24,681 bases of DNA from a virus. Its lineage: Duplodnaviria > Caudoviricetes. The translations under genes were made by a program, and so were the position numbers. Where the stretch lies: positions 1-24,681 of IMG/VR virus record IMGVR_UViG_3300033067_000130. One strand, written 5' to 3'. This document shows positions 24,681-24,681 of the stretch, in pieces. Within the stretch, counting starts at the first letter, position 1; each line of letters begins with the position of its first letter. The notes under the pieces are model-generated. The model saw nothing but the letters and a program-made list of their open reading frames with translations. It made no database searches and had not been told where the DNA came from.

Positions 24681-24681
24681 C

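Larger units (their letters stand above)
1..24681 (-). mobile_element. Myovirus tail/baseplate morphogenesis operon of an actinobacteriophage (Bxz1/Myrna-like mycobacteriophage type)
   Basis: Co-oriented, tightly packed genes with TAATG/TGATG/ATGA/GTGA overlaps. Canonical order sheath-tube-chaperone(frameshift)-tape measure-hub-wedge-baseplate J. High GC3 and a LysB-like domain point to a mycolic-acid host. No host genes or integrase are visible, so phage versus prophage cannot be decided. Confidence 0.9.

Overview
This high-GC window is one continuous virion tail/baseplate operon of a contractile-tailed actinobacteriophage. Gene order and content resemble the Bxz1/Myrna-type mycobacterial myoviruses; this is recognition, not a database result. 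Nearly all real genes are on the minus strand. From the right end they run: neck/connector-like gene, a 43-aa C4 zinc-finger microprotein missed by the ORF track, tail terminator-like gene, an antisense HNH endonuclease, tail sheath, PD-(D/E)xK endonuclease, tail tube, Vsr-like endonuclease, small Cys-rich gene, tail assembly chaperone with a -1 frameshift, tape measure, minor tail genes, baseplate hub with lysozyme-like and NlpC/P60 domains, spike-like repeat protein, gp25-like wedge, baseplate J, a second wedge-like protein, and a >1988-aa baseplate protein that runs off the left edge and is absent from the ORF track. Two signals stand out. (1) Sharply bounded AT3-rich codon patches sit inside the sheath and tube genes, each about 300-460 bp upstream of a free-standing homing-endonuclease-like gene. 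I interpret them as self-immune target alleles, and weaker patches without an adjacent nuclease occur elsewhere. (2) The giant baseplate protein carries a nested enzyme cassette: a LysB/cutinase-like esterase with an intact-looking triad, split by an FN3-like domain and a DD-peptidase/beta-lactamase-fold domain whose SxxK motif has become GxxF. All product calls come from reading motifs by eye.
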